The notes: generated by a model not told the origin, from the sequence alone. A stretch of DNA of 64,000 nucleotides from Dehalococcoidia bacterium (GCA_963664625.1 OY761541.1:2571670-2635669), one strand, 5' to 3'. Numbered from the stretch's first letter, positions 1 through 11,948 are shown. Numbers and translations are program-made.

Positions 1-449
1 GGCGCGCCACCCCCGACGACCAAGCAACTATAGTCCGGTTCAACGAGGCCTTAGCTTGGGAATCGGAGGGCAAGACGCTGGATGTCGGCACATTGACTAC
101 CGGCGTTGCTGCCGTGTTCGCCAGCGGCGACCGGGGGTTTTATTGCATTGCGGAGTCGGAGGGCCGTGTCGTAGGCCAGCTCATGATAACCTACGAGTGG
201 AGCGACTGGCGCAACGGCTACTTCTGGTGGATTCAGAGCGTGTACGTATCATCCGAGTACCGGCGGCGCGGCGTTTACCGGGCCCTGGAGGCATACGTCA
301 AGGCCCAGGCGGAAGCTGAAGAGAACGTCTGCGGGTTCAGGCTGTACGTGGAGAAGAACAACCACGTGGCGCAGCAGGTCTACGCTAACCTGGGCATGGT
401 GCAGTCCGACTACGATTTATTGGAAATCGACTTCGTGCTGGGGTCCTGA
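1..449 (+). CDS. GNAT-family N-acetyltransferase (5' end outside window)
   Basis: Frame 3 is open from base 3 to the stop at 447-449, and the track ORF 93..449 begins at an internal TTG. The QSVYVSSEYRRRGVYRAL segment fits the GNAT acetyl-CoA-binding region. Confidence 0.7.
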   Translation, partial: RATPDDQATIVRFNEALAWESEGKTLDVGTLTTGVAAVFASGDRGFYCIAESEGRVVGQLMITYEWSDWRNGYFWWIQSVYVSSEYRRRGVYRALEAYVKAQAEAEENVCGFRLYVEKNNHVAQQVYANLGMVQSDYDLLEIDFVLGS

Positions 450-462
450 TGTGGAGAGAGTG

Positions 463-1449
463 ATGAAGGGCTTGCTTCGGGTGATGCTCGTAGTTCTTAT
501 TGCGACGATGGTGGCGTCCTTGTGGACAGCCTGCACACAGGAGGTCCCCGCGCCGCCTTCAACCGCTACCCCACCGACTGAAACCGTTGCGGCGGCGACT
601 CCTTCGTCCATCAGCCCAGTTCCGCCTACCGCAAAACCGACCTCCGCACCTGCGATGACTGCGGTCGCTCCCCGCACTACAACAGCCGGTCCACCCCCAA
701 CGGTTGCCCCGGCAAGGCGAGAATCGAAGGGCGCTTCCCTGAGATTGATAAGCTCCAAGTCGGCCACCGCGCCGTCCAGCATACTATCCGGGTTTTCCGT
801 CGGTTTCCACGGTTCAGTCGTGCCCCAAACCGTGCCCACCGAGGGCGGACTAACGGTTTCGGCCATCGGCTCGGTGACCGTGGCGGCTGATGAGGCTTAC
901 GTAGTTGTAGTGCCCGAGCAGTACTTCGGCCCCTCCGGGTCTGGGCAGATGACAGACGAGGACCGCCAACAGATCAGGGATAGTTTGGCCGAAATAGGCA
1001 TATCTGAGGAGCGGGTTGAATTCAAGGATGTGGCAAGATACGGCCCTCCCAGCATTTCCGTGGAGGTCGAACTGGACGAATTGGCCGAAAAGCGGGAGTC
1101 AATACTCGTTGTAGTGGAGGACGTGGTCCGCCGGTACGAATCTCATGGAGTCATTTACAGTCTGTCGGAGGAAAACTGCGAAGCCGCTATATCCTTGGCC
1201 CGCCAAGAGGCCATCCCGAAGGCGGAAAGGGCCGTTGATGATTTGGCGCAAGCCTTGGGGGTGAGCCGAGGGATGATCGTAGGCGCCTTGGAGTACCCGC
1301 TAACCGCTCCGGGATTCGGGCCATGGGGGATAAGCGCCCACGCCTGCGGTGCGCAGCTACCCCTGCCTTATCCTAATCTCGTTCCTTTCGATGCCGAGCC
1401 GGAGGTCGAGGTGACCGTCGGGCTTCAAATTACTTACAGCATTCGTTAG
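463..1449 (+). CDS. Secreted lipoprotein with Pro/Thr/Ala-rich linker and SIMPL/DUF541-like C-terminal domain
   Basis: ATG at 463 follows GGAGAGAG. Signal peptide plus lipobox-like LWTAC. The C-terminal part (ISLARQEAIPKAERAVDDLAQALGVSRGMIVGALEYP) resembles SIMPL-domain proteins. Confidence 0.55.
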   Translation: MKGLLRVMLVVLIATMVASLWTACTQEVPAPPSTATPPTETVAAATPSSISPVPPTAKPTSAPAMTAVAPRTTTAGPPPTVAPARRESKGASLRLISSKSATAPSSILSGFSVGFHGSVVPQTVPTEGGLTVSAIGSVTVAADEAYVVVVPEQYFGPSGSGQMTDEDRQQIRDSLAEIGISEERVEFKDVARYGPPSISVEVELDELAEKRESILVVVEDVVRRYESHGVIYSLSEENCEAAISLARQEAIPKAERAVDDLAQALGVSRGMIVGALEYPLTAPGFGPWGISAHACGAQLPLPYPNLVPFDAEPEVEVTVGLQITYSIR

Positions 1450-1523
1450 GCTTGCGGCAGGACTTGTTCGACGATGTTGGACTACTATGGACCCGGCGGT
1501 CCAACGATTAGCAGGAGGAATAC

Positions 1524-1943
1524 ATGCTTCCCGACAAGGTAAGAGAATTCGCTACGCAGACCCACCGGGGCGTACTAACCACCTTTCGACGCAATGGCAA
1601 CGCCCAGATGAGCATCATCAGTTGCGGCCCCTACAGGGACGGCATCGCCTTCACGGTCACCGAAACGAGGGCCAAGCTGCACAACCTGCGGCGCAACCCC
1701 CGCTGCTCGCTGCTGGTGTCCAACGAAAGCTGGTGGGGGTTCGTGGTGCTGGAGGGCCAAGCCACCGTACTGTCGGCCAACAACACCGATGCCGATGAGT
1801 TGCGGCTGGCCTTGCGGGAGACCTACAAGGCCGCGTCCGGAGAGGACCATCCCAACTGGGAAGAGTACGACCAAGCGATGCGCGACGACCGCCGCTCGGT
1901 AATCATCGTTGTGCCGGAGCGTATCTACGGGACGGCGGCGTAG
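1524..1943 (+). CDS. PPOX-class (pyridoxamine 5'-phosphate oxidase-like) probable F420-dependent enzyme
   Basis: 139 aa. THRGVLTTFRRNGNAQMSIISCG...RAKLHNLRRNPRCSLLV is typical of the PPOX split-barrel family. Confidence 0.7.
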   Translation: MLPDKVREFATQTHRGVLTTFRRNGNAQMSIISCGPYRDGIAFTVTETRAKLHNLRRNPRCSLLVSNESWWGFVVLEGQATVLSANNTDADELRLALRETYKAASGEDHPNWEEYDQAMRDDRRSVIIVVPERIYGTAA

Positions 1944-1953
1944 GGCGGTTGTA

Positions 1954-2772
1954 TCAACGCTGGCAGGCAGGGCAGTAGTAGGTGCCGCGGCCCCGGACGC
2001 GGATGGCGGCGAAGGGGCCGGCGCAACGGGGGCACGGCACTCCCTGTGTACGCGAAATGGTCCAGCCGGTCAGGGCGCGCGGCGGGTCAGGCCACATTTC
2101 ATCCCTGGCCTTGTCGTATACTGACACGCCGTAGGTCAGGGCGGTGACGATGCCCTGTTGCAGCCGTTCTATTTCTTGGCTGGAAAGTTCGCCCGCCAAG
2201 CGCGTTGGGCTGATTTCCGCCAGATAGAGTGACTCGTCGGCGTAGATGTTCCCCATGCCAGCCACCACCGATTGCTCCAGCAGCAACCCTTTGATGGGGA
2301 CCTTGCGGCCTTCCATCGATTTGGCCAGCCACTCCACCGTCAGTCCACCATCCAAAGGCTCCGGGCTCAGTGGCGGAAGGACTTCCGCCGGGTCGTCTAC
2401 CAGCCACAGCTTGCCGAACTTCCGGCCGTCGACGAATCGCAGTTCGTCGCCGTCATCCAATGGGAAGGTGTGGCGCACCATTGGGTCTAGGGCAGTGTAC
2501 TTGGGATAGACTCCCAGTCCCCCGGTCATGCCCAAGTGCAGGATGAAGGTCTTGTCCCGGCCTTCATCGTCTAGCAGTGGGACCAAGATGTACTTGCCCC
2601 GGCGGTGTACGTCCAAGGCGCGACTGCCCCGCAGTCCAAGGACAAATTCCTCGAGCGCCGGCGTCTTGACGGTCTTCGCCCACCCTACCTCTGCCCCGGC
2701 AAAGGTCTTGCCGGGAAGTCCGGCGCGGACCAAGCAGCGGCGGGCGTTTTCTACTTCGGGAAGCTCCGGCAT
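1954..2772 (-). CDS. mutM: Formamidopyrimidine-DNA glycosylase
   Basis: N-terminal MPELPEVE catalytic motif. C-terminal zinc finger CPRCAGPF...YYCPACQ. Confidence 0.92.
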   Translation of the reverse strand: MPELPEVENARRCLVRAGLPGKTFAGAEVGWAKTVKTPALEEFVLGLRGSRALDVHRRGKYILVPLLDDEGRDKTFILHLGMTGGLGVYPKYTALDPMVRHTFPLDDGDELRFVDGRKFGKLWLVDDPAEVLPPLSPEPLDGGLTVEWLAKSMEGRKVPIKGLLLEQSVVAGMGNIYADESLYLAEISPTRLAGELSSQEIERLQQGIVTALTYGVSVYDKARDEMWPDPPRALTGWTISRTQGVPCPRCAGPFAAIRVRGRGTYYCPACQR

Positions 2773-2784
2773 CGGATGGCCCGC

Positions 2785-5700
2785 TTATATGCGGCGCACC
2801 CCCAGCGTTATCTCCATCCCCTCGACCTTGGACTCCTCTGAAGCCGCGCCTTCCCCGTGCCATCCGGCGGGATCCGGCGGCGGGCCGGCCACCAAGTCTT
2901 CGCTGAGGGTTTCCTGGCGGATGTAGTCGGAGAAGTTGCCCCGCATTACGCTGCTGATTTCCGACGGCGCGTCGTAGTAGGTGACGATCCGGTCGGTCAG
3001 TTCGAACTGGGCGGCGCGGCGCAGGTTCTGTATCCGGTGCACCAATTCCCTGGCCAAGCCCTCCTCCGCCAGTTCCGGGGTGATGGTTGAGTCCACCGCC
3101 ACCATGTAGCCGCCTTCCAGCGCGACGGACCATTTCCGTTCGATCCCTTCTCCGGGGGACCATTCCACCTGTACAACTCCTTCTGTTTTATCTTCTAGTC
3201 TCCCAAGTGCCATCTCATATAGAGACGACGACAACTCATCAATGAAGTCTTCCTTAACGTTTAGTTCCTCTAGAATCTGAGGCCTTATCCAGCCAAAGTA
3301 TTTTCTCTCTTCAGCAGACCTTGGCTTGATGAGTACTCTGGCAAGCGGCTGGCGCACCTTGAGTCCGGCCTTGGAGCGGGCATTGCGGCCCATGCTGGAG
3401 ATACGCATTGCCAGCCGCATCGCTTCCATCAACGGCTCTTCGATGAGGGATTGATCAGGTATTGGGAAGTCGGCCAGGTGCACACTGTCGGGTGCTTCGG
3501 CGTCCACCGAGCATACCAGGTTCTGGTATATCTCCTCGGCGATGAAGGGAGACAAGGGAGCCATCAGCTTGGAAAGAGTCACCAAGCAGGTGCGCAGCGT
3601 GATGTACCCCGACAGCTTGTCTTGGTCGTTCTCGCTCTTCCAGAAGCGGCGGCGGCTGCGCCGGACGTACCAGTTGGACAGTCGGTCGATGAACTCCTGC
3701 ATCCGCCGCCCGGCGTTGGTGGGGTCGTACCCGCCCAGGTACCCGTCAACCTGGCCGACAAGGGCGTTCAATTCCGACAGTATCCACCGGTCCAGTTCGT
3801 GCTCCGGCTTCCACCCGTCCGGCGTCTGATCGGGATGAAACCCGTCGATGGAGGCGTAGTTGGTGAAGAACGAGTAGACGTTCCAGAGGGTCATCAACAC
3901 CCGGCGCAGCGTCTCGTTGACCAGCTTGGCCGAGAAACGGCGCGCCTCGCCCGGATGGGACGCGGTGAACAGGTACCAGCGCAGGGCATCGGCCCCGTGC
4001 TGGTCCAACACCGGAATTGGTTCGACGACGTTGCCGGAGCTTTTGCTCATCTTCCGGCCCCGCTCGTCCAGGATCAGGCCCAAGCAGATTACGTTGCGGT
4101 ATGAAGGCGTGCCTTCCAGCAACGTGGACAGTGCGTGGAGGCTGTAGAACCAGCCCCGCGTCTGGTCGACGGCTTCGCAGATGTAGTCGGCGGGAAACCG
4201 CCCGTCCTGGCTGATGCCAGGATTGTCGAAGGGATAGTGCCACTGGGCAAAGGGCATGGCGCCCGAGTCGAACCAAGCGTCCATCACCTCCGGGATGCGG
4301 CGCATCTGCCCTTCGCATCCCTCTTCCGGGCACTTCAGCAGGACTGTATCGACGTATGGGCGGTGCAGGTCCAGGTCGTTCAACAGGGGTGTGTGCTCCG
4401 GGATGGCATGGGACTTCAGCTCCTCCACGCTGCCTATGCACATGGTATTGTTGCAGTCATCGCACTGCCAGATGGGTATGGGCGTTCCCCAATACCGCTC
4501 CCGCGAAATGGCCCAGTCCACGTTGTTGCGGAGCCACTCCCCGAACCGGCCTTCCTTGATGTAGTCGGGGTACCAGTTGATGGAACTGTTGCCGGAAACG
4601 AGTTGGTCTTTCAGCGCCGTGGTGCGGATGTACCAAGAGTCCTTGGCGTAGTAGAGCAGGGGCGTATTGCACCGCCAGCAGAAGGGGTAAGTGTGGTAGT
4701 AGGTGTCCTTGTTGAACAAGAGTCCACGCTTGTCCAAGTCCTTAATGATTTCTGGATCGGCGTCCTTTACGAACTTCCCCTTCCATTCGTAGTCCCCGGT
4801 AACGTTGCCTTGAAGGTCAACGGGTTGGACAAAAGCCAGGCCTTTCTCCCGGCCCAGACCCAGGTCCTCGTCGCCGAATGCCGGGGCAATGTGGACGATG
4901 CCGGTGCCGTCGTCCATGGACACGAAATCGGCGGCCACTACTTGCGGATTGACCGTAGTATCGGCTGACAACTCGGTGATCGTACCGCCGGGGGTCTGTC
5001 GGTGCATGAACCGCTGGATTTCCACGCTGTATTCCGGAGGTGAGTACAGGGGCCGGTAGCCGATGCCGACAAGGTCGGCACCTTTAACCGTGCCTAACAC
5101 GCCGTAGGAGTCCCGCATGTTGGCGTCCAGCAGTTCGGAAGCCAAAACCAGCCGTTCCGTAGCCCCGTCCCTTTCCAATTCCACTATGGAGTAGTCGGCG
5201 GCCTCGTCCACGGCCAATCCCGTATTGCCGGGAAGGGTCCAGGGAGTAGTCGTCCATGCCAGAAGGTAAGTGGGCACGCCCGAAGTCAGCATAGCCGCTC
5301 CGTCGTCACCCTCTGGTGCGGTCTCTACCAAGAACTTGACGAACACTGACGGGTCGGGGGTGTCCTCACGATAACCCAGCGCCACCTCATGTGAACTGAG
5401 GCTGGTGACGCAACGGGGGCAGTGGGGAGTGCCGCGCATGTCCCGGTAGAGGAGACCCTTGTTCCACAACTCCTTCAGGATCCACCATCCCGACTCTATG
5501 TACTCGTTCTCCAGAGTCACGTAGGGGTCGTCCATATCCACCCAGTAGCCGATGCGGTCGGTCAGCACTTCCCACTCTTTCAGGTAGTGGAACACACTCT
5601 CCCGGCACTGCTGGTTGAACTTCTCTATGCCGTACTCTTCCACTTCGCGCTTGGTGCTCAAACCGAGGGACTTCTCCACCTCCAACTCCACCGGCAGGCC

Positions 5701-5964
5701 GTGGGTGTCCCATCCGCCCTTGCGCAGGACACGGTAGCCCTTCATGGTGCGGTAGCGGCAGATAACGTCTTTGAACACCCGGGCCAGGACATGATGGATG
5801 CCGGGACTGCCGTTGGCGGTGGGAGGGCCCTCGAACAGGGTAAAGAGAGGGCTGTCCTCCCGTTCGGTCTCGGTGCGGCGGAAGACGTCCTTGTCTTTCC
5901 AGTATTGCAGTATGCCGGCGTCCACCTCGGGAAAGTTGACGCGGCTGGAAACGGGCTTAAACAT
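2785..5964 (-). CDS. ileS: Isoleucine--tRNA ligase
   Basis: 1059 aa. Class I HIGH-type motif (PGIHHVLARV), KMSKS motif and editing domain, with length and layout typical of IleRS. Confidence 0.95.
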   Translation of the reverse strand: MFKPVSSRVNFPEVDAGILQYWKDKDVFRRTETEREDSPLFTLFEGPPTANGSPGIHHVLARVFKDVICRYRTMKGYRVLRKGGWDTHGLPVELEVEKSLGLSTKREVEEYGIEKFNQQCRESVFHYLKEWEVLTDRIGYWVDMDDPYVTLENEYIESGWWILKELWNKGLLYRDMRGTPHCPRCVTSLSSHEVALGYREDTPDPSVFVKFLVETAPEGDDGAAMLTSGVPTYLLAWTTTPWTLPGNTGLAVDEAADYSIVELERDGATERLVLASELLDANMRDSYGVLGTVKGADLVGIGYRPLYSPPEYSVEIQRFMHRQTPGGTITELSADTTVNPQVVAADFVSMDDGTGIVHIAPAFGDEDLGLGREKGLAFVQPVDLQGNVTGDYEWKGKFVKDADPEIIKDLDKRGLLFNKDTYYHTYPFCWRCNTPLLYYAKDSWYIRTTALKDQLVSGNSSINWYPDYIKEGRFGEWLRNNVDWAISRERYWGTPIPIWQCDDCNNTMCIGSVEELKSHAIPEHTPLLNDLDLHRPYVDTVLLKCPEEGCEGQMRRIPEVMDAWFDSGAMPFAQWHYPFDNPGISQDGRFPADYICEAVDQTRGWFYSLHALSTLLEGTPSYRNVICLGLILDERGRKMSKSSGNVVEPIPVLDQHGADALRWYLFTASHPGEARRFSAKLVNETLRRVLMTLWNVYSFFTNYASIDGFHPDQTPDGWKPEHELDRWILSELNALVGQVDGYLGGYDPTNAGRRMQEFIDRLSNWYVRRSRRRFWKSENDQDKLSGYITLRTCLVTLSKLMAPLSPFIAEEIYQNLVCSVDAEAPDSVHLADFPIPDQSLIEEPLMEAMRLAMRISSMGRNARSKAGLKVRQPLARVLIKPRSAEERKYFGWIRPQILEELNVKEDFIDELSSSLYEMALGRLEDKTEGVVQVEWSPGEGIERKWSVALEGGYMVAVDSTITPELAEEGLARELVHRIQNLRRAAQFELTDRIVTYYDAPSEISSVMRGNFSDYIRQETLSEDLVAGPPPDPAGWHGEGAASEESKVEGMEITLGVRRI

Positions 5965-6078
5965 GTGACTTTACCATCTGGACTAGAGTTGGGGCGTTCG
6001 GTATCCCCCAGAGATTGACGGGAAGGTGCCCCGGTTGCCCTTATTATAACGCCCTTGCCCGCTATTCAAATACCACGC

Positions 6079-6615
6079 TTACAGGTAAGTGAAACCAGGC
6101 AGTACCATACCCCCGTCAAGCGTGTCCTGATCGGTGAGTGCCACAACTGGGGCATCGAGTTGGTGTACGTATATCGTTCTTCTGTCGGGATCGACTACCC
6201 ACACCAGTCTCGCGCCATTATTGAGCCACATGTGCGCCTTATCATGGACTGCTCGCAGGGTATCGCTTGGTGAGACAATCTCTACGACCAATTCAGGGAC
6301 TATATCCGCGTAACTGTTGACCCTTTGCCCCAGCGGCAGCCGTTCGGCAGATATAAACGCCACGTCAGGCTCGCGCACAGTGTCGGGTTCCCGTTGCAGC
6401 CGAAACCCGGAGTCTGATCCGACGATTCGCCCCAATCCCGCGGGTCTGACAAAGGCCCGCAGTTCTCCGCCGATGTTCATCACAATTTGGCCGTGCTCTA
6501 TGGTGGCGCTCACCGTCTCGCACAACACTCCCATAATGAGTTCGCCCTTGACGCCCTGGCTATGCACGCGGAGCAAATCCTCGGCGGTCAACAACTCTCT
6601 TTTTGTAGTCGTCAT
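6079..6615 (-). CDS. Uma2-family (DUF820) endonuclease-like protein
   Basis: EPDVAFISAERLP...VPELVVEIVSPSD...KAHMWLNNGARLVWVVDPDRRTIYVH is the PD-(D/E)xK Uma2 signature. The start is placed at the internal ATG (MTTTKRELLTAEDLL); the track ORF extends to 6690 and overlaps thiD. Confidence 0.8.
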   Translation of the reverse strand: MTTTKRELLTAEDLLRVHSQGVKGELIMGVLCETVSATIEHGQIVMNIGGELRAFVRPAGLGRIVGSDSGFRLQREPDTVREPDVAFISAERLPLGQRVNSYADIVPELVVEIVSPSDTLRAVHDKAHMWLNNGARLVWVVDPDRRTIYVHQLDAPVVALTDQDTLDGGMVLPGFTYL

Positions 6616-6679
6616 AGTACGATCAAGCCTTGCTGTTGTTATGACTCCTGAAATCCGTGACTGCCGGTCCCAACTCCAT

Positions 6680-7492
6680 TCAACCGGCATCCTCCCACAA
6701 ACGCCACAGGTGGCTCAGCGGGCCGTGGCCCTGGCCGATGGGGAAGGAGTGGCGGATGGCTTCGGTCACGTATTCCTTGGCTGCGCCCACGGCATCGAGT
6801 ACAGGCAGACCCTTGGCCAAGCCCGCCGCCACCGCCGAGGCAAAGGTGCAGCCGGTGCCGTGGGTATTCACCGTGTCTATACGGGCGGTGGTGAATTCGT
6901 GAAACTGGTCGCCGTCGAAAAAGATGTCGGTGGCGGGCCCTTCCCGGTGGCCTCCCTTGACCACCACCGCCTTGGCCCCCATCCCCACAATGGCGCGGGC
7001 GGCGTCCCGCACGTCCGCGTCGGAACTAATGTTTATCCCTGTGAGGACTTCAGCCTCCGGTACGTTGGGAGTGACGACCGACGCCAAGGGGAGCAGGCGG
7101 ATGCGCAATGCCCCGACAGCCTCTTCCTGCAAAAGAGAGTCCCCGCTCTTCGCCACCATCACCGGGTCGACGACCAATGCCGGAACGCTCCAATGTTCCA
7201 GGGCATCGGCAACGCATTCTATGATGGCGCTGCTGGACAACATGCCCGTCTTGACCGCGTCGGCCCCTATGTCGGTCAGCACCGCGTCGATCTGTGCCCT
7301 GATGACGCTAGTGGGTATCTCGTGCACCGCCGTTACGCCCACCGTATTCTGGGCTGTGATTGCCGTCAATGTGGACGCGCCGTACACACCCAAGGCGGCG
7401 AAGGTCTTGAGGTCGGCCTGCACCCCCGCGCCGCCGCCTGAGTCTGACCCGGCGATGGTCATGGCTTTGGGTCTGGTCGTGGGAGTCATCAT
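6680..7492 (-). CDS. thiD: Hydroxymethylpyrimidine/phosphomethylpyrimidine kinase
   Basis: MTIAGSDSGGGAGVQADLKTFAALGVYG...TAQNT is a canonical ThiD N-terminus. The start ATG overlaps the stop of the upstream GYD gene (ATGATGA). Confidence 0.9.
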   Translation of the reverse strand: MMTPTTRPKAMTIAGSDSGGGAGVQADLKTFAALGVYGASTLTAITAQNTVGVTAVHEIPTSVIRAQIDAVLTDIGADAVKTGMLSSSAIIECVADALEHWSVPALVVDPVMVAKSGDSLLQEEAVGALRIRLLPLASVVTPNVPEAEVLTGINISSDADVRDAARAIVGMGAKAVVVKGGHREGPATDIFFDGDQFHEFTTARIDTVNTHGTGCTFASAVAAGLAKGLPVLDAVGAAKEYVTEAIRHSFPIGQGHGPLSHLWRLWEDAG

Positions 7493-7836
7493 TCTATCGG
7501 CGTCGATTGTTCGGGAGACAGTTCCACTGACTGGAATACACCAGCAGGGTCTTCCGGCGACCTGTCGGCGAGGAAGCCCATGGGTATCGCCGGGAGCGTT
7601 TCGATGTGTAGTCCGGTCCTGACCCCTATCTCAACCGACAGGCGGGCCACGGCATCATTGTCCTCGGCGTCCGCCATCATTACGAAGTCGTAACGTCCCA
7701 AAACCGCGTATTGGCCCAGCAGCATCGCCCCTTCTATCTGCACTTCCCTGGCGGTGTTCACCACCAAGTCCGGGTCGCGGTGGACCATGGTCTGGCCCGA
7801 ATAGGTCAGAGTTCCCAGGAGAAAATACAGCGACAT
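7489..7836 (-). CDS. GYD-domain protein
   Basis: ATG at 7836 is preceded by GGGAGG. LGQYAVLGRYDFVMMADAEDNDAVARLSVEIGVRTGLHIETLPA matches the GYD family pattern. Confidence 0.65.
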   Translation of the reverse strand: MSLYFLLGTLTYSGQTMVHRDPDLVVNTAREVQIEGAMLLGQYAVLGRYDFVMMADAEDNDAVARLSVEIGVRTGLHIETLPAIPMGFLADRSPEDPAGVFQSVELSPEQSTPIE

Positions 7837-7971
7837 GCCTGCCTCCCGACGAAAAGTCCGGTTGGTCACCGGGTTGAAGTATATCATCAACCCATCAAAA
7901 GCGACGACGGGGACCGTGACAGTCCCCGTCGTACTCGCGTTCCAACGCTGTCTTGAGGGCGAAAGGCGGGC

Positions 7972-9738
<1,767 letters not shown>

Positions 9739-9760
9739 TTACCTCCGGGAAGATACAGGC

Positions 9761-9799
9761 ACAAAAATAAAGGCCGCCAACGTAAGCGTGTTGGCGGCC
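9761..9799 (-). terminator. Intrinsic terminator (expression platform of the TPP riboswitch)
   Basis: Minus strand reads GGCCGCCAAC-ACGCTTAC-GTTGGCGGCC followed by TTTATTTTTGT. It lies between the aptamer and the thiC RBS. Confidence 0.6.
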
Positions 9800-9828
9800 C
9801 GATAAAGAGCAGACCAAAAGCAAAGCGC

Positions 9829-9923
<95 letters not shown>

Positions 9924-9955
9924 CCTCGACCTTCTTGAGTTGTTAAAGATGGGCC

Positions 9956-9985
9956 ATTATAGGAGAGGGTAAAGTGGGGTGTCAA
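9956..9985 (-). promoter_or_regulatory. Sigma-70-type promoter for the riboswitch-thiC operon
   Basis: Minus strand reads TTGACA-18 nt-TATAAT, about 25 nt upstream of the aptamer. Confidence 0.6.
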
Positions 9986-10061
9986 ATTGGACGCTCTGAT
10001 GTCAGGGTAACCGACTATCCAAAAACGGGCATTTTATTGTTCGTCGCTACTTCGCTCCAGA

Positions 10062-10553
10062 TTACTTTGTCATTAACTCTGGGCACAGAAAAACTGCTTT
10101 AATGCCGTGGCGACGTGACCCTTCACGATGAATCCACCAGTCAGTATCTGAAGCGTTCAGGATATCCGGCTCGTTGCCGCTGGCATGGGCCACCGCAACG
10201 AACTTCCGGTCGCTGCGGTCGAAGGCCATAAGGTCTGGGTCATCAGGAAATTCCTCGAAATCCCGGTCAGAGTGAAGGTTTACTGTTACTTTACGGCAAT
10301 GTTCCGGGTTTGCCTGATTTTCAAAGAGCCACCGGAAAAAGGCATCCCCAATCCCGGGCTGCCCGGACGGGTGAAGGTTGTTACGGTATTCCGTGAGGAT
10401 CAAGCTGCTATCGTTCAACAAGACCCAGCCGTCATTCTGTATACGTTGCAACGTCCGTATGCACTTAAGTATGCAGTCCAGTCCTGCCTGTTGGGTCTTG
10501 CCGTTAGCCACAACAGCAACGTTTGTGTCTATTACTACCTCCAATCCCGTCAT
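10062..10553 (-). CDS. PIN-like nuclease-fold protein (163 aa), partner of the upstream ATPase
   Basis: The ATG overlaps the ATPase TGA (ATGA). VVIDTNV at the N-terminus, then acidic positions TEY, DRSDRKFVAVAHAS and NASDTDW in the order expected for the four PIN acidic residues. Confidence 0.55.
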   Translation of the reverse strand: MTGLEVVIDTNVAVVANGKTQQAGLDCILKCIRTLQRIQNDGWVLLNDSSLILTEYRNNLHPSGQPGIGDAFFRWLFENQANPEHCRKVTVNLHSDRDFEEFPDDPDLMAFDRSDRKFVAVAHASGNEPDILNASDTDWWIHREGSRRHGIKAVFLCPELMTK

Positions 10554-11923
10554 GCCGGCTCGGAATTCTTTTGTCGGTTCAGGGAGGCCTCGCTCATGGC
10601 GGCGATCTCGCCAAATTGGTCTCCAAAGAAATCCCTGGGCCAATTGACAATATTCCCGTATTCGTCGAGTTGAAGGTGACTGAGGCTTGAACTCCCATTC
10701 TCTCCCATAGAGCAGAAATACAGCCCTACATCATCTTGCTCGATACCCTCTTCGGCAATGCGTCGCTGGAGTCTGCGAAGCAGATGTTCGCTGTGACTCT
10801 CGAACAGTATCTGAATTCGATAATTCTTCCAAGCGTCGATGAAGACATCGGCAAGGTCGGCTTGGGCGGAGGGGTGTAAGTGGATGTCCGGTTGTTCTAA
10901 GATCAAAGTAGACATTGGAGGCACATAGAAGCATAAGACAAGAACCGGCAAAACTTGGGAAATTCCAAACCCTACGTCTGCTAGGAGAACCTCAGGGGCA
11001 GTGGGTGACCTCCGCACCGTGGCTTCAAATAAACGGTTGCCAGCGTCCAGTGCCTCGACTCGAAAGTCATGGGCGAGTCCGAGCCGTTTAAGCCAGCTTG
11101 CGATGTATGCGTCAATTCTGGAGAATCGTAGTGCAGAGTCATCCCATATAGCCCGACCATCCTGCTTGGATGCGGCTATAGCGCCGACTACAAATTCTCC
11201 TGTCCGACCCACACCTGAGGGTCGGGTACCGGACCAGCGGTATATGCGCTGTGGCTCGGCACGAAGAGGGCCAAGATAATGCACATTGTGCAAGAGCGAT
11301 TCTAGCCCGTGCTGCAAGCTGGAAAGGAAACCACGGTCTTCAAAGTCCCCCTCTATCCAGCGACTAAAATCGTTAAACTGAAGTGTCGGTGTAGGAATTA
11401 TTTGCCCCGGGCGAGGATTGTGTTTGAACTCCTTGCCATCGACCAATTGGGCGTAACCCCGCCCATTTGGTAGACGTCGCACTCCGAATCGCCGACGATG
11501 GGGAATCCGATAAGACATTTCTTTCAGTACCGGAGGCCCTCTGAATTCGACGACCTCTTTGCCTATTTCAGTATCGAAACCGACGTCGGCATGACTGTCT
11601 ACAGAGCTGTTCCCATACTTTTCTGGAACCACTATTTCTCTTTCGGATTGCCAGTCTAGCGAAAACTTAATGGTCTGATTCGTGTCTTGACAGTGGATGA
11701 CACCCTCGAAGTCGCCTACGGCGACGAGCGTTCGCTCGTCGCCGAAATGGAGCACGACTCCGCGGTCTGAAGAATCAACTGTCTGCTTCATCAGGAGTAG
11801 GGCCTGAAGCAGGCTGGTCTTGCCGGAACTGTTTGTCCCGAATAACCCGGTAATGGGCTTCATCGGGATATCCCCGGTATCCTTCCAGGACTTGAAGTTC
11901 TCCAGCCGCAGCCGCGTAAGCAT
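10550..11923 (-). CDS. ABC/SMC-like AAA ATPase (AAA_15/21 type) with DUF3696-like C-terminus
   Basis: ATG at 11923 is preceded by GAGGAG. RLENFKSW...GLFGTNSSGKTSLLQAL (Walker A), LGPLRAEPQRIY, LILEQPDIHLHP (Walker B/D-loop), ESHSEH (H-loop), NWPRDFF tail. Confidence 0.8.
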   Translation of the reverse strand: MLTRLRLENFKSWKDTGDIPMKPITGLFGTNSSGKTSLLQALLLMKQTVDSSDRGVVLHFGDERTLVAVGDFEGVIHCQDTNQTIKFSLDWQSEREIVVPEKYGNSSVDSHADVGFDTEIGKEVVEFRGPPVLKEMSYRIPHRRRFGVRRLPNGRGYAQLVDGKEFKHNPRPGQIIPTPTLQFNDFSRWIEGDFEDRGFLSSLQHGLESLLHNVHYLGPLRAEPQRIYRWSGTRPSGVGRTGEFVVGAIAASKQDGRAIWDDSALRFSRIDAYIASWLKRLGLAHDFRVEALDAGNRLFEATVRRSPTAPEVLLADVGFGISQVLPVLVLCFYVPPMSTLILEQPDIHLHPSAQADLADVFIDAWKNYRIQILFESHSEHLLRRLQRRIAEEGIEQDDVGLYFCSMGENGSSSLSHLQLDEYGNIVNWPRDFFGDQFGEIAAMSEASLNRQKNSEPA

Positions 11924-11948
11924 CGGGATTCTCCTCATAAGGCCCAGG

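Noticed and set aside
5965-6078. T-box leader upstream of ileS (and of tyrS at 45181)
   Set aside because: The ileS upstream gap is only about 114 nt and shows no specifier or T-box (AGGUGGNACCGCG-like) sequence. tyrS overlaps ribF and has no leader.
6317-7441. 374-aa plus-strand ORF across the Uma2 and thiD genes
   Set aside because: It lies antisense to two well-supported genes and has low-complexity, shadow-like composition.
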